DNA of 64,000 nt from Planctomycetota bacterium (GTDB lineage: Bacteria > Planctomycetota > UBA1135 > UBA2386): contig CANMWZ010000001.1 of NCBI GenBank assembly GCA_947501605.1, forward strand, positions 192,001-256,000. The letters run 5' to 3'. The notes below the pieces were generated by a model. The model worked only from the letters and a program-made list of their open reading frames with translations, did not search any database and was not told the origin of the DNA. A program made the translations under genes and the position numbers. The stretch's first letter is position 1. Each line of letters opens with the position of its first letter. Below are positions 47,368 through 62,969 of the stretch, piece after piece.

Positions 47368-48011
47368 CAGCGAGCTCCCTCGGCGGTCGGACTGCGACCG
47401 AAACGCTGCTTCATGGCCTCGAGCGCGGCTGGCGTGACAACCAGCCAACGACGCAACAACACCTGGTGCGCGTTCAGGTCCGCAACCGTGCAGACTTCTA
47501 CGAGCGGCAGATTGCGCAGCGAGCGCCACAAGGTGCGATCGTTCTCGTGCGTCACGACGGTCGTCCCGCGCCCCATGCCGACCTGCTCGAGCAGAGCTCG
47601 GGCGGCCTTCGTGTTTGGCTTACCCATTGGGAAGCCATCTACCACGGCAACCTCGCCGTCGCGGAACTTGGTGAAGATGGCATTGCGCACCGCCGCCCGA
47701 CGAGCCTGAATCGGCATCGCGTAGCTGTAGTCGCGCGGCCGAGGCCCCATCGTCACACCGCCACCACGCCAAAGGGGAGACTTGTCGGTACCCATACGGG
47801 CGCGACCAGTGTGCTTCTGCGGATAGAGCTTGTGGTTGGGACCACGGACCTCAGCACGAGTCTTGGTCTTGTGCGTGCCAGCCCGTGCGTTGGCCTCATA
47901 CATCACCACCGCGTCCTTCAGCGTACGGCCGAGAACGCGGGTACCAAACAACGAGGCATCGACGTCCGTCGCCTTGACGGACCCGCCCTGCAGGATCTTG
48001 ACCTCAGCCAT
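47367..48011 (-). CDS. rplD: 50S ribosomal protein L4
   Basis: GTHKTKTRAEV, QKHTGRAR, WRGGG..GPRPRDY. Confidence 0.98.
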   Translation of the reverse strand: MAEVKILQGGSVKATDVDASLFGTRVLGRTLKDAVVMYEANARAGTHKTKTRAEVRGPNHKLYPQKHTGRARMGTDKSPLWRGGGVTMGPRPRDYSYAMPIQARRAAVRNAIFTKFRDGEVAVVDGFPMGKPNTKAARALLEQVGMGRGTTVVTHENDRTLWRSLRNLPLVEVCTVADLNAHQVLLRRWLVVTPAALEAMKQRFGRSPTAEGAR

Positions 48012-48041
48012 GGGTTCGCTCGCTTGGGTGCTGCGGGACGA

Positions 48042-48353
48042 TCAGCTCGTCGCCTTGATGCGAATGTCGACGCCAGCCGGCATGTTGAGCTTGCTCAACG
48101 CGTCCACGGTCTTGGTCGTCGGGTCGGAGATGTGAATCAGCCGCTTGTGCGTGCGGATCTCGAACTGTTCGCGGCTCTTCTTGTCGACGTGAGGGGAACG
48201 CAGCACGGTGTAACGCTCGATGCGAGTCGGAAGCGGCACAGGTCCGGCAACCCGTGCTCCAGTGCGCTTGCTGGTTTCCACGATGTCCAAGGCCGCTTGA
48301 TCAAGCGCCTCGTGGTCGTAGGCCTCCATTCGAATCTGGATTTTCTCCTGCAT
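48042..48353 (-). CDS. rpsJ: 30S ribosomal protein S10
   Basis: [27 protein letters not shown]. Confidence 0.98.
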   Translation of the reverse strand: MQEKIQIRMEAYDHEALDQAALDIVETSKRTGARVAGPVPLPTRIERYTVLRSPHVDKKSREQFEIRTHKRLIHISDPTTKTVDALSKLNMPAGVDIRIKATS

Positions 48354-48477
48354 GATCGAGCAGCCTTGGCGGTGTCGTTCTGGTCGGGCCGGGCTTCGCA
48401 AGCTTCTGCGAACGCAACCTCACTAGTCGCTTAGGGTTACATGAAACATGTGCTCCTAGAGACGCGAGGGGCCCGGC

Positions 48478-48506
48478 AAGATACAGATGCTGGCCCCGCC
48501 GGTCAA
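48478..48506 (-). promoter_or_regulatory. Putative sigma70 promoter of the S10 operon
   Basis: Minus strand TTGACC-17 nt-TATCTT followed by a GC-rich discriminator. Confidence 0.7.
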
Positions 48507-48518
48507 GCGTGCGTTCAC

Positions 48519-50543
48519 TCAATTCTGCGTGCCACCTGCAGGTTTGTCGCTGCCAGATCCGTCGCTCAGGCCTGCCGGCGCGAGACTGACGTCGCCTCGC
48601 CCCTTGGTTAGGGAGCGCAAGCGAGTCGGGTAGCCTAGGAATGAGCTCAACGCGCCCCGCGCTTGCACCTTCGAACCCAACCGGCCGCTGCTGACTTGAC
48701 GCACCACTGCTCCTCGAAGGTGCAGATCATCCAGAACCACCGACAGCGATTCTTCTGGGCACTGCACTGCCACGTCAACGGCGGGCTCCAGCACCTGCAG
48801 CACGGACTCCTCCACTGCCTTCTGGAGCGCGACGAGTACGGCCTGCGAGAGCAGGCTTGCACCTTCGGCTCCTTGGTCGGTCTCAACACGATGTACGGTC
48901 ACGCATAGCCGCGCTGGCGGTGCCCCGAAAGGGCCGCCGTCAGCCACTAGCTGCTCCAACTGAAGGTAGAGTCTGGAGGCGAAAGGAGAGTCAGCGATGG
49001 CCTGAACATCGATGATGACGGATTCGGTTTCGGCGAGCGGAGACAGGGAGACTTCGGCAGAGGCTCTAGCACCGCCGCCTGGGGAAGACACGGTCGCTGA
49101 CGCTCGGGTGGCCCGCAAAACTGTGACGCGGCAGGCAACCCGAGGGCGCCCGACTCTCACGTTGCAGCCGGTTCGTTCGCGCACACGCTCCGCGACGACC
49201 TCAAGATGCAGCTCCCCCATGCCTGCGACCAAAGGGAGCCCGGTCTCAGAATCGATGGATACCTTCAGGGTAGAGTCGTCGTCGCGGAGTTCGGCGAGGG
49301 CTCGATCCAAGGAGAGCCGTGAATCCGGCTCTTGCGGCTCAAACACCGCGGCCATGACGGGCAGGGGGAAATCCGCCATGGGCAGCCCTGCGCCAACGAA
49401 CCCCTCGTCGAAAAGAGTGTCCCCGGTCTGGACGACTCGAACGCCCGGCACCACAACGACGGCGCCTGGTCCCGCCGAGTCGATGACGGCGTGGTGGTTC
49501 GCATGCATAGCCCACAGTTCCTCAACCTCGAACTGTGCCCCTGTTCGCGAGTTGCGCACGCGACTCCCGCGCTGGATTCGACCCGCGAACACACGGACAA
49601 AGCTGCGCACCTCGGCGTCCTCGTGTTCGACCTTGAACACCAGGGCCTGGAGGGGCGCGTCAACGTCCGCCGGAGGAAACGCTGTCTCGAGACCCTGACG
49701 GTTCCGGTCACGAGGCGAGGGCAAGAACGCGCAGACCGCATCGAGCAGTTCTTCGACCCCGTGCCCCAGAAGGGCAGCTCCCGCCAACACCGGGACGATG
49801 CGGCCCTCGATGCAGCCACGCCGGAGAACCGCAACCAAGGCGTCGTCCGAGACCTTCGATCCGGCCACGAACTCGGCGAGAATGTGCTCGTCGAAGTCGG
49901 CGCAGAGTTCGATCATTCGCTCGCGGGCGATGTCCAATTGTCGCGCAAGGCGTTCCTCCTCCGAGACCGGAATCTCTCCCCGGAACCAGATCACAGTCCC
50001 AGTCAACGGCTCGCCAATTCCGGCGAAGACGCCCTCAGCATCGAAGAGGGGAACTGCGACAGGGACCGGCTGGCAGTCAAAGGCCTTGACGAGTGAACGA
50101 ACGGCCAGATCGAAGTCGGCTCCGGGGCGGTCCATCTTGTTGACAAAAACAAGACGCGCACAGAGCCAGTGATCCGCTTGGCCCCATACCGCTCGAGTCT
50201 GCGATTCGACACCCCGCACGGCATCAATCACCACGACAACCGCGTCGACTACCCGCAGGCTTCGGGCGACCTCCGCGGTGAAGTCGATGTGGCCCGGGGT
50301 GTCGACGATCTGCAGGTCGTGTTGTCGCCAGTTGACACGCGTCGCGGCAGCGAGGATGGAGATGCCTCGCTCCTGCTCCTGGCGCATCCAGTCCATCGCA
50401 GTGGTGCCCTCGTCAACTTCACCCACGAAGCGCCGGGCACCGGTTTGGAACAGGATGCGCTCGGTAAGAGTCGTCTTGCCTGCATCGATGTGCGCGACGA
50501 TGCCGAGCGTTCGCAGAGAATCGACCATGGGCTGGGTCGTCAT
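48519..50543 (-). CDS. fusA: Elongation factor G family protein, divergent (EF-G2/spdEFG2-like)
   Basis: AHIDAGKTT, ERGISI, DTPGH, NKMD, GMGELHL, LEP, LRSLTKGRG. Domain IV loops are degenerate. Start is 50543 or 50528. Confidence 0.85.
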   Translation of the reverse strand: MTTQPMVDSLRTLGIVAHIDAGKTTLTERILFQTGARRFVGEVDEGTTAMDWMRQEQERGISILAAATRVNWRQHDLQIVDTPGHIDFTAEVARSLRVVDAVVVVIDAVRGVESQTRAVWGQADHWLCARLVFVNKMDRPGADFDLAVRSLVKAFDCQPVPVAVPLFDAEGVFAGIGEPLTGTVIWFRGEIPVSEEERLARQLDIARERMIELCADFDEHILAEFVAGSKVSDDALVAVLRRGCIEGRIVPVLAGAALLGHGVEELLDAVCAFLPSPRDRNRQGLETAFPPADVDAPLQALVFKVEHEDAEVRSFVRVFAGRIQRGSRVRNSRTGAQFEVEELWAMHANHHAVIDSAGPGAVVVVPGVRVVQTGDTLFDEGFVGAGLPMADFPLPVMAAVFEPQEPDSRLSLDRALAELRDDDSTLKVSIDSETGLPLVAGMGELHLEVVAERVRERTGCNVRVGRPRVACRVTVLRATRASATVSSPGGGARASAEVSLSPLAETESVIIDVQAIADSPFASRLYLQLEQLVADGGPFGAPPARLCVTVHRVETDQGAEGASLLSQAVLVALQKAVEESVLQVLEPAVDVAVQCPEESLSVVLDDLHLRGAVVRQVSSGRLGSKVQARGALSSFLGYPTRLRSLTKGRGDVSLAPAGLSDGSGSDKPAGGTQN

Positions 50544-50668
50544 GCTCGCAGACCAGTTAGCAGCGAAGAAGAGTGGATGCTGCAGGCTGCCGCGTAACGC
50601 ATCTGCCCCTCGCCAGAGCAAGAGCCTTGCATCCGCGGGGTCCACAATAGCCTCCGCGAGCAGGCCCG

Positions 50669-50709
50669 AAAAAAATGCAGAAGGGCGTCGCCCCGAGGGG
50701 AAACGCCCT
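50669..50709 (-). terminator. Putative intrinsic terminator between rpsG and fusA
   Basis: Minus strand AGGGCGT-TT-CCC-CTCG-GGG-CG-ACGCCCT followed by TCTGCATTTTTTT. Confidence 0.6.
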
Positions 50710-50813
50710 AATTTCGCGGAACCGACGATCCGGTCAGCGATCCGTGCAATCGATGCGACCGCGCACGAAGGCCGCTACGCGGAGATCGGGACTCCACAGC
50801 GGAGGCGATGCTC

Positions 50814-51287
50814 TCACCAAGCGAAGTGACTGTAGGCGCTATTCGCCTCGGCCATCTTGTGGACGTTGTCCTTCTTGGTCACAGCTGCGCCCTGGTTGTT
50901 GAACGCGTCAAAAATCTCTTCGGCGAGGCGCTTGCTCATCGGCTTGCCACGCTTCTCGCGAGTCATATCTACCAGCCAACGGATCGCCAAGCTCTGCTGG
51001 CGCCGACGGCTGACTTCCTTCGGTACCTGGTAGGTGGCGCCGCCGACTCGCTTGCTTCGAACCTCGACGCGCGGCTTGATGTTCTCAATCGCCTTGGTGA
51101 AGACCTCGACGGGGTCGCCCTCGCCGATCTTCTTCATCACAATCTCCATGGCGTCGTAGAAGATCCGCTGGGCGGTCGTCTTCTTGCCTTGGAGCATCAG
51201 CTTGTTGATCAACTTGCTCGCAAGCTTGTTGTCGAAGCGTGGGTCTCCCTTCAGGAAGACTTCAGTGGACTTGTAGGAGCGCGGCAT
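50814..51287 (-). CDS. rpsG: 30S ribosomal protein S7
   Basis: RVGGATYQVP, AIRWL, HKMAEAN. Confidence 0.98.
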   Translation of the reverse strand: MPRSYKSTEVFLKGDPRFDNKLASKLINKLMLQGKKTTAQRIFYDAMEIVMKKIGEGDPVEVFTKAIENIKPRVEVRSKRVGGATYQVPKEVSRRRQQSLAIRWLVDMTREKRGKPMSKRLAEEIFDAFNNQGAAVTKKDNVHKMAEANSAYSHFAW

Positions 51288-51346
51288 GGCGATTCAGGGA
51301 ATGCGTTGCAGTAGGGCCTGAGCTGAGACAACGGACAGGAACAGTG

Positions 51347-51721
51347 TCACTTCTTCGGACGCTTCGTACCGTACTTCGAACGGCTACGGCGACGATTTTC
51401 GACGCCGGATGCGTCGAGACTACCGCGCAGGATGTGGTAGCGGACGCCTGGTAGGTCGCGGACACGACCACCACGGACCAAGACGATCGAGTGTTCCTGG
51501 AGGTTGTGACCCTCACCAGGAATGTAGACCGTCGTCTCTTTGCCATTGCTCAGGCGCACACGAGCGATCTTGCGCAGTGCCGAGTTTGGCTTCTTTGGCG
51601 TCATCGTCTTGACCTGGAGGCAGACACCGCGCTTTTGCGGGCATCCATCCAGGACAGGCGACTTGCTCTTGTATTTGATCCGCTGGCGGCCCTTGCGGAC
51701 CAGCTGGTTGATCGTTGGCAT
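51347..51721 (-). CDS. rpsL: 30S ribosomal protein S12
   Basis: [29 protein letters not shown]. Confidence 0.99.
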   Translation of the reverse strand: MPTINQLVRKGRQRIKYKSKSPVLDGCPQKRGVCLQVKTMTPKKPNSALRKIARVRLSNGKETTVYIPGEGHNLQEHSIVLVRGGRVRDLPGVRYHILRGSLDASGVENRRRSRSKYGTKRPKK

Positions 51722-51757
51722 AGCTCAGGTCTTCGATCCGTACAAAACGGGGCGGGG

Positions 51758-51785
51758 AGAATACGGGAGAAAAGGCAGATTGCAA
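51758..51785 (-). promoter_or_regulatory. Putative sigma70 promoter of rpsL
   Basis: Minus strand TTGCAA-16 nt-TATTCT. Confidence 0.55.
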
Positions 51786-51855
51786 CCCCGCGCCGCAGCT
51801 TGCGGGCGCAGGGTAGTGCGGGATGACGGAAACTCAGAGGGTGCTGAGCGGTGGA

Positions 51856-56058
<4,203 letters not shown>

Positions 56059-56171
56059 CGTGCCTGTCCTGGTTGTGGTGTCTCGCACTGCTGACCGTTA
56101 GGTTCAGCTGCCGCGCGAGACGGGTTCCGTGGAGTTGCGTTGCGAAGTGCCGGGCGAACCTGTGGGCCGGT

Positions 56172-59100
56172 CTATCCCGGCATTACTTGCTCGGCTGTGC
56201 CGCGCTTGTGCAGTTCGATGTTGAGGCCGAGGCCCTTGATCTCGTTGCAGAGCACGCCGAACGATACCGGAGTGCCTGGCTCGAGGATGTTCTCGTTCTT
56301 GACCATCGCCTCGTAGATCTTGGTGCGGCCGTCGACGTCGTCAGACTTCACCGTCAGCAACTCCTGGAGGATGCTGGCGGCGCCATACGCTTCGAGCGCC
56401 CACACTTCCATTTCGCCGAAGCGCTGGCCACCGAAACGAGCCTTGCCGCCAAGCGGTTGCTGCGTGATCAACGAGTACGGCCCGGTCGCTCGCGCGTGGA
56501 CCTTGTCGTCGACCAAGTGGTGCAGCTTCAGCATATAGAGACAGCCAACAGTGACCCGTTGGGTGAAGGGCTCACCGGTGCGGCCGTCGTAGAGCACGCA
56601 CTTGCCGTCGGTGGCGAATCCCGCCTTGGTCAACGCGGCTTCGATTTCCGCCTCCGACGCGCCGTCGAACACCGGTGAAATCGCACGGAAGCCGAGCTTC
56701 TTGGCGGCCCAACCGAGATGCGTCTCAAGAATCTGGCCGACATTCATACGGCTCGGCACGCCGAGCGGATTCAACACGATGTCGACAGGCGTACCATCGG
56801 CGAGGAACGGCATGTCCTCAACTGGCAGGATCTTGCTGATCACACCCTTGTTGCCGTGGCGGCCGGCCATCTTGTCGCCAACCGAAATGCGGCGTTTCGT
56901 TGCAACATAGACCTTGACCATCTCAAGAACACCAGTTGGCAGTTCGTCGCCACGCGACAGCCTGTTGACCAACTTGTTCTTCTCGGTCTCCGACTCTTCG
57001 ATGCGATCCGCAGACTCCTGCACTAGAGCCAGCATGTCCGTGCGGACCTTTGCGTCCTTCTGCTCCTCAGCGACGGCTCGAACCCGATCGCGGATGGCAC
57101 GCAAGTCAAGGATCAGCAGGTCGTCGGTCACGGCGAGCTTCTTGCCCTCGGCCGACGTTACTGCCGCACCAAGCAACTCCTTGTTGGAGTCCAGCAACCG
57201 CTTCGTGTTGCTGCGGTAATGGCTCAGGAATTCAATTTCTGCCCGCTTGATCTCCTCAAGGTTACGAGTGCGCTCGTTCTCGGTGAGATTGACCTTTCGG
57301 CTGTACTTCTCGGCGTCGATGACGATGCCTTCAACACCGGTCGGAACCTCTAGAGAGGCGTTCTTTACGTCCTCGCCAGCACGACCGAAGATGGCGTGCA
57401 GCAGTTTCTCTTCCGGAGTGAGTTCGCTCTTGCTCTTTGGCGCGACCTTGCCGACGAGGATGTCGCCCGGCTTGACGCGCGTTCCCACGCGGACAATTCC
57501 GCTTTCGTCGAGATGGCGCAGAGCACGCTCACTGACATTCGGAATGTCGCGCGTGAACTCCTCGCGACCGAGCTTCGTCTCACGAATCTCAATGTCGAAC
57601 TCGTCGATATGGATCGACGTATAGACGTCGCCCTTGACGAGATTTTGACTCAGAAGGATGGCGTCTTCGTAGTTGTAGCCATCCCACGGCATGAAGGCGA
57701 CCGTGAGGTTCTTGCCAAGGGCAAGAACGCCGTTATCCGTGGCCGCGCCGTCCGCGAGCACATCACCAGCCTTAACCTTCTGTCCCGGCTTGACGAGCGG
57801 GACCTGGTTTTGGCACGTGCGTTCGTTGAGGCCTTCAAACTTGCGCAACTTGTAGACGTCATCGCCGATGACGATCTTGCTGCCGTCGACGGCGGTGATC
57901 GTTCCGCTCTTTCGAGCCTTGACGACCATGCTCGAGTTGCGGGCAACGACTTCCTCCATGCCGGTCTGCACCAGCGGAGCCTCGCTCTGCAGCAGCGGCA
58001 CGGCCTGCCTCTGCATGTTCGAACCCATCAAGGCACGATTGGCGTCGTCATGCTCCAAGAAGGGGATCAGCGACGCCGAGACGCCGACGATCTGCTTCGG
58101 GCTGACGTCCATGTACTGAACGTCCTTCGAGTCGACCAACATGGGGTCGCCCTTGACGCGGGCAATGATACGGCCCTGTTCGTCACCCACAAACTTGCCC
58201 GACTTGTCGACGTCGGTGTCCGCCGGCGCCAGGATCGCGTTGTTTTCCTCGTCGGCACGCAGACGAACAATCTGGTCCGTCAGCTTTCCGTTCTTGACGA
58301 CGATGTACGGGGCCGTGAGGAAGCCGTAGTCGTCAAGTGCGCTGTAGATCGACAGGCTGCTGATAAGACCGATGTTGGTGCCTTCGGGCGTCTCGATCGG
58401 GCACAGACGGCCGAAGTGCGAGATGTGCACGTCGCGGACTTCAAATCCTGCACGTTTCCGGTTCAAGCCACCTGGGCCGAGAGCCGACAGACGACGCTCG
58501 TGTGCAAGCTGCGACAGCGGGTTCGTTTGATCGACGACCTGGCTCAGCTCGCCACGCGCGAAGAAGTACTCGATCGCTGACGAGAACGTCTTGCTGTTGA
58601 TCAGGTTGCGCGGCGTGACAGTGTCGAGATTCTCAAGGTTCATGCGCTCTTGCGCGGTGCGCCGGAGCTTCAAGAATCCCTTGCGGAACTCGTCACCTGC
58701 AAGTTCATGAATCGTACGGACACGTCGGTTGCCAAGGTGATCGATATCGTCGATCTCGCCGCCGCCGCCGCGCAGATCGAGGATGTAGCGGACCGCCTGG
58801 ACGAAGTCATCCGCCCCTAGGGTCTGCTTCGTCTCGGGGATCTGCGTGCTGAACTTGCGGTTCAAACGGAACCGGCCGACGCGACCTAGGCGGTAGCGAG
58901 TCTCATCAAAGAACTTCTCATGGAAGAGCTCGCGGGCCTTCTCGATCTGCGGCGGGTTGCCTGGACGCAACCGGCTGTAGATCTTCATCAACGCTTCCTC
59001 GTGCGAGCTGGTGGTGTCCTCGCGCAAAGTATTGAGGATCAAGAAGTCCTGGGGATCGCGAAGGACCTCGATCTCGCGCAGCTCACTCTGGGCGATCGCG

Positions 59101-59882
59101 CGAGCAGCTTCTTCGGTGATCTCTTCGCCGCTCTTGACGAAAGGCTCGCCACTAGCCGCATCGATGATGTCACCAACGGCATAGGCCCCGCCCAACGACT
59201 TGGCGAACTTGGCTTCCGGATCCGTCTTCTTCCGCGTGACCTTCTCGACTTCGTAGAACTCCCGCAAGATAGCGGCGTCCGTCGAGTACTTCGCGTCCAT
59301 CGCGCGGAGCAAGGTGGTGCACGCAAACTTGCCGGACTGGTCGATGCGGACCGCGATCGCATCCTTCTTGGTTACGTTGATCTCAATCCAGCTACCTCGC
59401 TCTGGGATGATCCAGCAGCTGTGGAGCTTCTTCTCGCCCGTGTGTGTCTCGACGCTGAAATCGACACCCGGGGAACGATGCAACTGACTCACCGTCACGC
59501 GCTCGCTGCCGTTGATGATGAACTCACCACCACCGATCATGATCGGGATCTCGCCGAGGTAGATCTCCTCCTCCACGGACTCGCGCTTGACTAGGCGGAC
59601 ACGAATCTTGAACGGGTAGCCGAAGGTCAACCGCAGCTTCCGACATTCCTCGACCGTATAGCGAGGGCGGCCGAGCTCGTAGCTGATGTACTCAAGACAA
59701 AGTGACTTGTCGTAAGAGTAGATCGGGAAGACCTCACGCAGCAGCGCCTCCAGACCTTCGTTGCGCCGGCGTGTTGCCGACGTCTCGGGCTGAAGGAACT
59801 CGCGGTAGGACTTGGTCTGCATCTCGACGAGATCAGGGATCTCGGCGACGGACCTGAACCGCCCGTAGACTACGGTCTCCAT
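56172..59882 (-). CDS. rpoB: RNA polymerase beta subunit
   Basis: [29 protein letters not shown]. Confidence 0.99.
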   Translation of the reverse strand: METVVYGRFRSVAEIPDLVEMQTKSYREFLQPETSATRRRNEGLEALLREVFPIYSYDKSLCLEYISYELGRPRYTVEECRKLRLTFGYPFKIRVRLVKRESVEEEIYLGEIPIMIGGGEFIINGSERVTVSQLHRSPGVDFSVETHTGEKKLHSCWIIPERGSWIEINVTKKDAIAVRIDQSGKFACTTLLRAMDAKYSTDAAILREFYEVEKVTRKKTDPEAKFAKSLGGAYAVGDIIDAASGEPFVKSGEEITEEAARAIAQSELREIEVLRDPQDFLILNTLREDTTSSHEEALMKIYSRLRPGNPPQIEKARELFHEKFFDETRYRLGRVGRFRLNRKFSTQIPETKQTLGADDFVQAVRYILDLRGGGGEIDDIDHLGNRRVRTIHELAGDEFRKGFLKLRRTAQERMNLENLDTVTPRNLINSKTFSSAIEYFFARGELSQVVDQTNPLSQLAHERRLSALGPGGLNRKRAGFEVRDVHISHFGRLCPIETPEGTNIGLISSLSIYSALDDYGFLTAPYIVVKNGKLTDQIVRLRADEENNAILAPADTDVDKSGKFVGDEQGRIIARVKGDPMLVDSKDVQYMDVSPKQIVGVSASLIPFLEHDDANRALMGSNMQRQAVPLLQSEAPLVQTGMEEVVARNSSMVVKARKSGTITAVDGSKIVIGDDVYKLRKFEGLNERTCQNQVPLVKPGQKVKAGDVLADGAATDNGVLALGKNLTVAFMPWDGYNYEDAILLSQNLVKGDVYTSIHIDEFDIEIRETKLGREEFTRDIPNVSERALRHLDESGIVRVGTRVKPGDILVGKVAPKSKSELTPEEKLLHAIFGRAGEDVKNASLEVPTGVEGIVIDAEKYSRKVNLTENERTRNLEEIKRAEIEFLSHYRSNTKRLLDSNKELLGAAVTSAEGKKLAVTDDLLILDLRAIRDRVRAVAEEQKDAKVRTDMLALVQESADRIEESETEKNKLVNRLSRGDELPTGVLEMVKVYVATKRRISVGDKMAGRHGNKGVISKILPVEDMPFLADGTPVDIVLNPLGVPSRMNVGQILETHLGWAAKKLGFRAISPVFDGASEAEIEAALTKAGFATDGKCVLYDGRTGEPFTQRVTVGCLYMLKLHHLVDDKVHARATGPYSLITQQPLGGKARFGGQRFGEMEVWALEAYGAASILQELLTVKSDDVDGRTKIYEAMVKNENILEPGTPVSFGVLCNEIKGLGLNIELHKRGTAEQVMPG

Positions 59883-60039
59883 GTAGCTTCAACCTGTGGC
59901 CTCGAGGACGAGGCGTGCGGGCAAAACGGATCGGCGATGCCGGAACGATCGGTGTGGGCACTTAGCCTGGGAATCCGGCACTCCCAGCAAACCTTACGGT
60001 CACCTAGCCGGCGAGTCGGCCAACGTACAAAGACCGAAG

Positions 60040-60068
60040 CCCCTCGTGCAACGCAAAAGCGCGAGGGG
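60040..60068 (-). terminator. Hairpin (attenuator/terminator) between rplL and rpoB
   Basis: Minus strand CCCCTCGCGC..GCACGAGGGG followed by CTTCGGTCTTTG. Confidence 0.5.
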
Positions 60069-60101
60069 ACCCGGTTTGACGCCGGCCACCGGCGATGGAC
60101 A

Positions 60102-60506
60102 TTACTTGAGCTCGACAGTCGCACCAGCGTCGGTGAGCTTCTTCTTGAGCTCTTCGGCCTCGGCCTTGGCGATGTTCTCCTTGACCGGCTTCGGAGCTTC
60201 GTCAACCAACGCCTTGGCTTCCTTCAGGCCCAGACCGGTGACTTCGCGGACCACCTTGATGACGTTGATCTTGTTGGGGCCGCCTTCCTTGAGGACAACC
60301 GTGAACTCGGTCTTCTCTTCGACCGGAGCAGCACCGCCACCGGCGCCTGGAGCGGCGGCAGCAGCCGCTGGAGCAGCTGCGGACACACCCCAGCGCTCCT
60401 CCATCGCCTTGACTAGCTGAGCGGCCTTGCCCAGGCTCAGAGCGTCGATCTTCTTGAAGATGTCCTCGAGTTCAGTGTCGAGAACGACTGTTTGGGTATC
60501 CGACAT
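60102..60506 (-). CDS. rplL: 50S ribosomal protein L7/L12
   Basis: [21 protein letters not shown]. Confidence 0.98.
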   Translation of the reverse strand: MSDTQTVVLDTELEDIFKKIDALSLGKAAQLVKAMEERWGVSAAAPAAAAAAPGAGGGAAPVEEKTEFTVVLKEGGPNKINVIKVVREVTGLGLKEAKALVDEAPKPVKENIAKAEAEELKKKLTDAGATVELK

Positions 60507-60579
60507 GATGGAACTTGGTTCAGTGACGAGCTGTTAGGTACGAAAAAATGTTCAGAGACGCGCGCGGCAGGCTGCCCGA

Positions 60580-61110
60580 TCAGGCAGCCCCACCACCCTT
60601 GTCAACTCGGGCCTGGATGCAACGGGCGACACCACCCGCGACAGCGTTGAGCAACGTTGCCACCGAACGCGCCGGGCCCGAGACGGCCTGCGCGATCATT
60701 GTTTGGACCGTAAAGCGATCGGGCAAATCCGCGATCGACTGCGCCGCGGCGCCAAGGTAGGGAGTTCCCTCGATCACGCCACCGACGATCTGAATCGGCG
60801 AGGCCTTGGACTTCTTGATGTAATCGCGCAGCACCTTGGCCGCGGTGATCGCCCCCTCTTTTTCAGCAATCGCGATGGCGCACTTGCCTGAGAGGATGGG
60901 ATCGAGGTTGAGCTTAAGGGCCGAAAAGGCCTTGCTGGCGAGGCGGTTGCGCACAACGCGGTAGCGCACACCGACTTCGCGCAACTTGCCGCGGATAGCG
61001 ATGTCCTGCTCCGGCTGCAGGTTGTCGAACGACACCACCAAGCACGATCCCATCTTCTGGAATTCGCGCTGCAGGTCGGCGAGCAGGATCTGGTTGACGA
61101 GGTTGGGCAT
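60580..61110 (-). CDS. rplJ: 50S ribosomal protein L10
   Basis: YRVVRNRL, GGVIEG, ADLP; between rplA and rplL. Confidence 0.93.
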   Translation of the reverse strand: MPNLVNQILLADLQREFQKMGSCLVVSFDNLQPEQDIAIRGKLREVGVRYRVVRNRLASKAFSALKLNLDPILSGKCAIAIAEKEGAITAAKVLRDYIKKSKASPIQIVGGVIEGTPYLGAAAQSIADLPDRFTVQTMIAQAVSGPARSVATLLNAVAGGVARCIQARVDKGGGAA

Positions 61111-61159
61111 GATCTCGGGTCCTGAAAACTAGGGGACCGTGGAAGAAGTGGCGCGAGGG

Positions 61160-61846
61160 TTACTCGACGGCCAGGGCCACACCCGGCCCCATCGTCGTAG
61201 ACACGACCACTTTGCGCAGGAACTCGCCCTTGGCTTGCGGCGGGCGAAGTGTGCGGAGGTGGTCCAGGAACGCGTTCAGGTTCGCAAGCAGGTCATCCGT
61301 TGCGAACGATCTCTTGCCAATGGCTGCGTGCACGTTGGCGCCGGCATCGGTGCGGAACTCAATCTTGCCCGCCTTGAACTCCTTGACGGCGGCCGCGACA
61401 TTCGGCGTCACCGTGCCAGCCTTGGGTGAGGGCATCTTCCCTTGAGGGCCGAGCACCTTACCGAGCTTGCCGACATACTTCATCATGTCGGGAGACGCGA
61501 TGGTCATGTCGAAGTCCGTGAATCCCTTCTCAATCTTGTCCGCCAGATCGGCACCGCCAACGAAGTCGGCACCTGCAGCCAGTGCCTCCTGGGCTCGGTT
61601 GCCTTCGGCAAACACGGCGATGCGGATCGACTTGCCAGTGCCCTTGGGCAAACTGACTGAGCCGCGCACGAGCTGATCCGTCTTCTTTGCATCGATTCCG
61701 ATGCTGACGGCGACGTCGACGGCCTCGTCGAACTTGGGCCCCTGCAGCGACTTGATCAAAGCGATGCCCTCAAGAGGCGCATAACGCTTGGATTGATCGA
61801 CCTGCTCGGCGGCTTTCTGGTAACGGCGACTGCGCTTCTTTGGCAT
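61160..61846 (-). CDS. rplA: 50S ribosomal protein L1
   Basis: KFDE, VRGSVSLPKGTG, LGPQGKMPSPK, STTMGPG. Confidence 0.98.
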   Translation of the reverse strand: MPKKRSRRYQKAAEQVDQSKRYAPLEGIALIKSLQGPKFDEAVDVAVSIGIDAKKTDQLVRGSVSLPKGTGKSIRIAVFAEGNRAQEALAAGADFVGGADLADKIEKGFTDFDMTIASPDMMKYVGKLGKVLGPQGKMPSPKAGTVTPNVAAAVKEFKAGKIEFRTDAGANVHAAIGKRSFATDDLLANLNAFLDHLRTLRPPQAKGEFLRKVVVSTTMGPGVALAVE

Positions 61847-61859
61847 GGCAGCTCCCTGT

Positions 61860-62285
61860 TCAGTCCTTGACCTGGATGCCGCACGAACGCGCGGTGCCCT
61901 CGACCATCCGCATCGCGGCTTCGATCGAGTTGCTATTGAGATCCTTGACCTTGATCTGCGCGATCTCGCGGACCTGAGCGCGAGTCACTGAGCCAGCAAC
62001 TTCACTACCCGGCGTCTTAGCCGCGCTAGCAAGCTTGGCCGCCTTCTTGAGCAACACAGCCGCCGGCGGCGACTTGTACTGCAAGGTGAAGGTGCGGTCC
62101 TTGTAGACCGTGATAATGACCGGGATGATCGTCCCGGTGTCCTTGCGGGTCTCGTCGTTGAACTGCTTGACGAACTGACCGATGTTGACGCCGTGCTGAC
62201 CGAGCGCGGGGCCCACGGGCGGCGCAGGCGTAGCCTGCCCGGCTGGGCACTGGAGCTTGACTACGGCAGTGACTTCTTTCGCCAT
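61860..62285 (-). CDS. rplK: 50S ribosomal protein L11
   Basis: [20 protein letters not shown]. Confidence 0.98.
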   Translation of the reverse strand: MAKEVTAVVKLQCPAGQATPAPPVGPALGQHGVNIGQFVKQFNDETRKDTGTIIPVIITVYKDRTFTLQYKSPPAAVLLKKAAKLASAAKTPGSEVAGSVTRAQVREIAQIKVKDLNSNSIEAAMRMVEGTARSCGIQVKD

Positions 62286-62438
62286 GATGCCTCAGCGGTT
62301 CGAGCGGATGCCGTGCGGACTAGCCGCCGGTCACCCTCCCACTAGAAGGAAACCCCAGGAAGATCGGTCCCCGGGGAAAGGGGCGGAGGATTCAAGCAGA
62401 AAGAGCGGACGGATTCAAGGCCGTGCCGCAGCCATCTT

Positions 62439-62969
62439 TCAAATCGACTCCACTTCCCAGTAGCCGAGCGACATCGGGGTCGCGCGGCCGAAGATGTTGA
62501 CGGAGACTTCGAGGGTGCCCTTTTCTGGGTGTATGTCTTCGACGGTCGCGTCCATGTTCTCGAAGGCGCCCGTCTTGATCTTGACCCGATCCCCCTTCTT
62601 GAAGGACACGGCGACCTTGGGCTGATCCTTGCTCGCATCCATGTGCGCCAGCACCTTCTCTACATCCTCGGCCCGAGCGGGCGTCGGGTGCGTTTGGGCG
62701 CCAACGAAGTCGCCAAATCCTGGCGTCTCGCGAAGGATGAACCACACCGCGTCGTTCAGGTCCATCTGGACCATCAAGTAGCCGGGGTAGAGCTTGCGAC
62801 GCTGAATGCGCTTCTTGCCCTGTCGGTGGTCGGCGATCGTCTCGGTTGGTACAACGATCTGTGGCACCTTCTCTTCGATGCCCTCTTGCTTGAGTCGTTT
62901 GACCATGCTCTCGCGAATGCGGTCTTCTCGACCCACTTGCACGCGGAGAAAGTACCAGTCGAGCGCCAT
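62439..62969 (-). CDS. nusG: Transcription factor NusG
   Basis: WY..GRE, YPGYLMV, KOW motif, IFGRATP; TGATG overlap with secE. Confidence 0.97.
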   Translation of the reverse strand: MALDWYFLRVQVGREDRIRESMVKRLKQEGIEEKVPQIVVPTETIADHRQGKKRIQRRKLYPGYLMVQMDLNDAVWFILRETPGFGDFVGAQTHPTPARAEDVEKVLAHMDASKDQPKVAVSFKKGDRVKIKTGAFENMDATVEDIHPEKGTLEVSVNIFGRATPMSLGYWEVESI

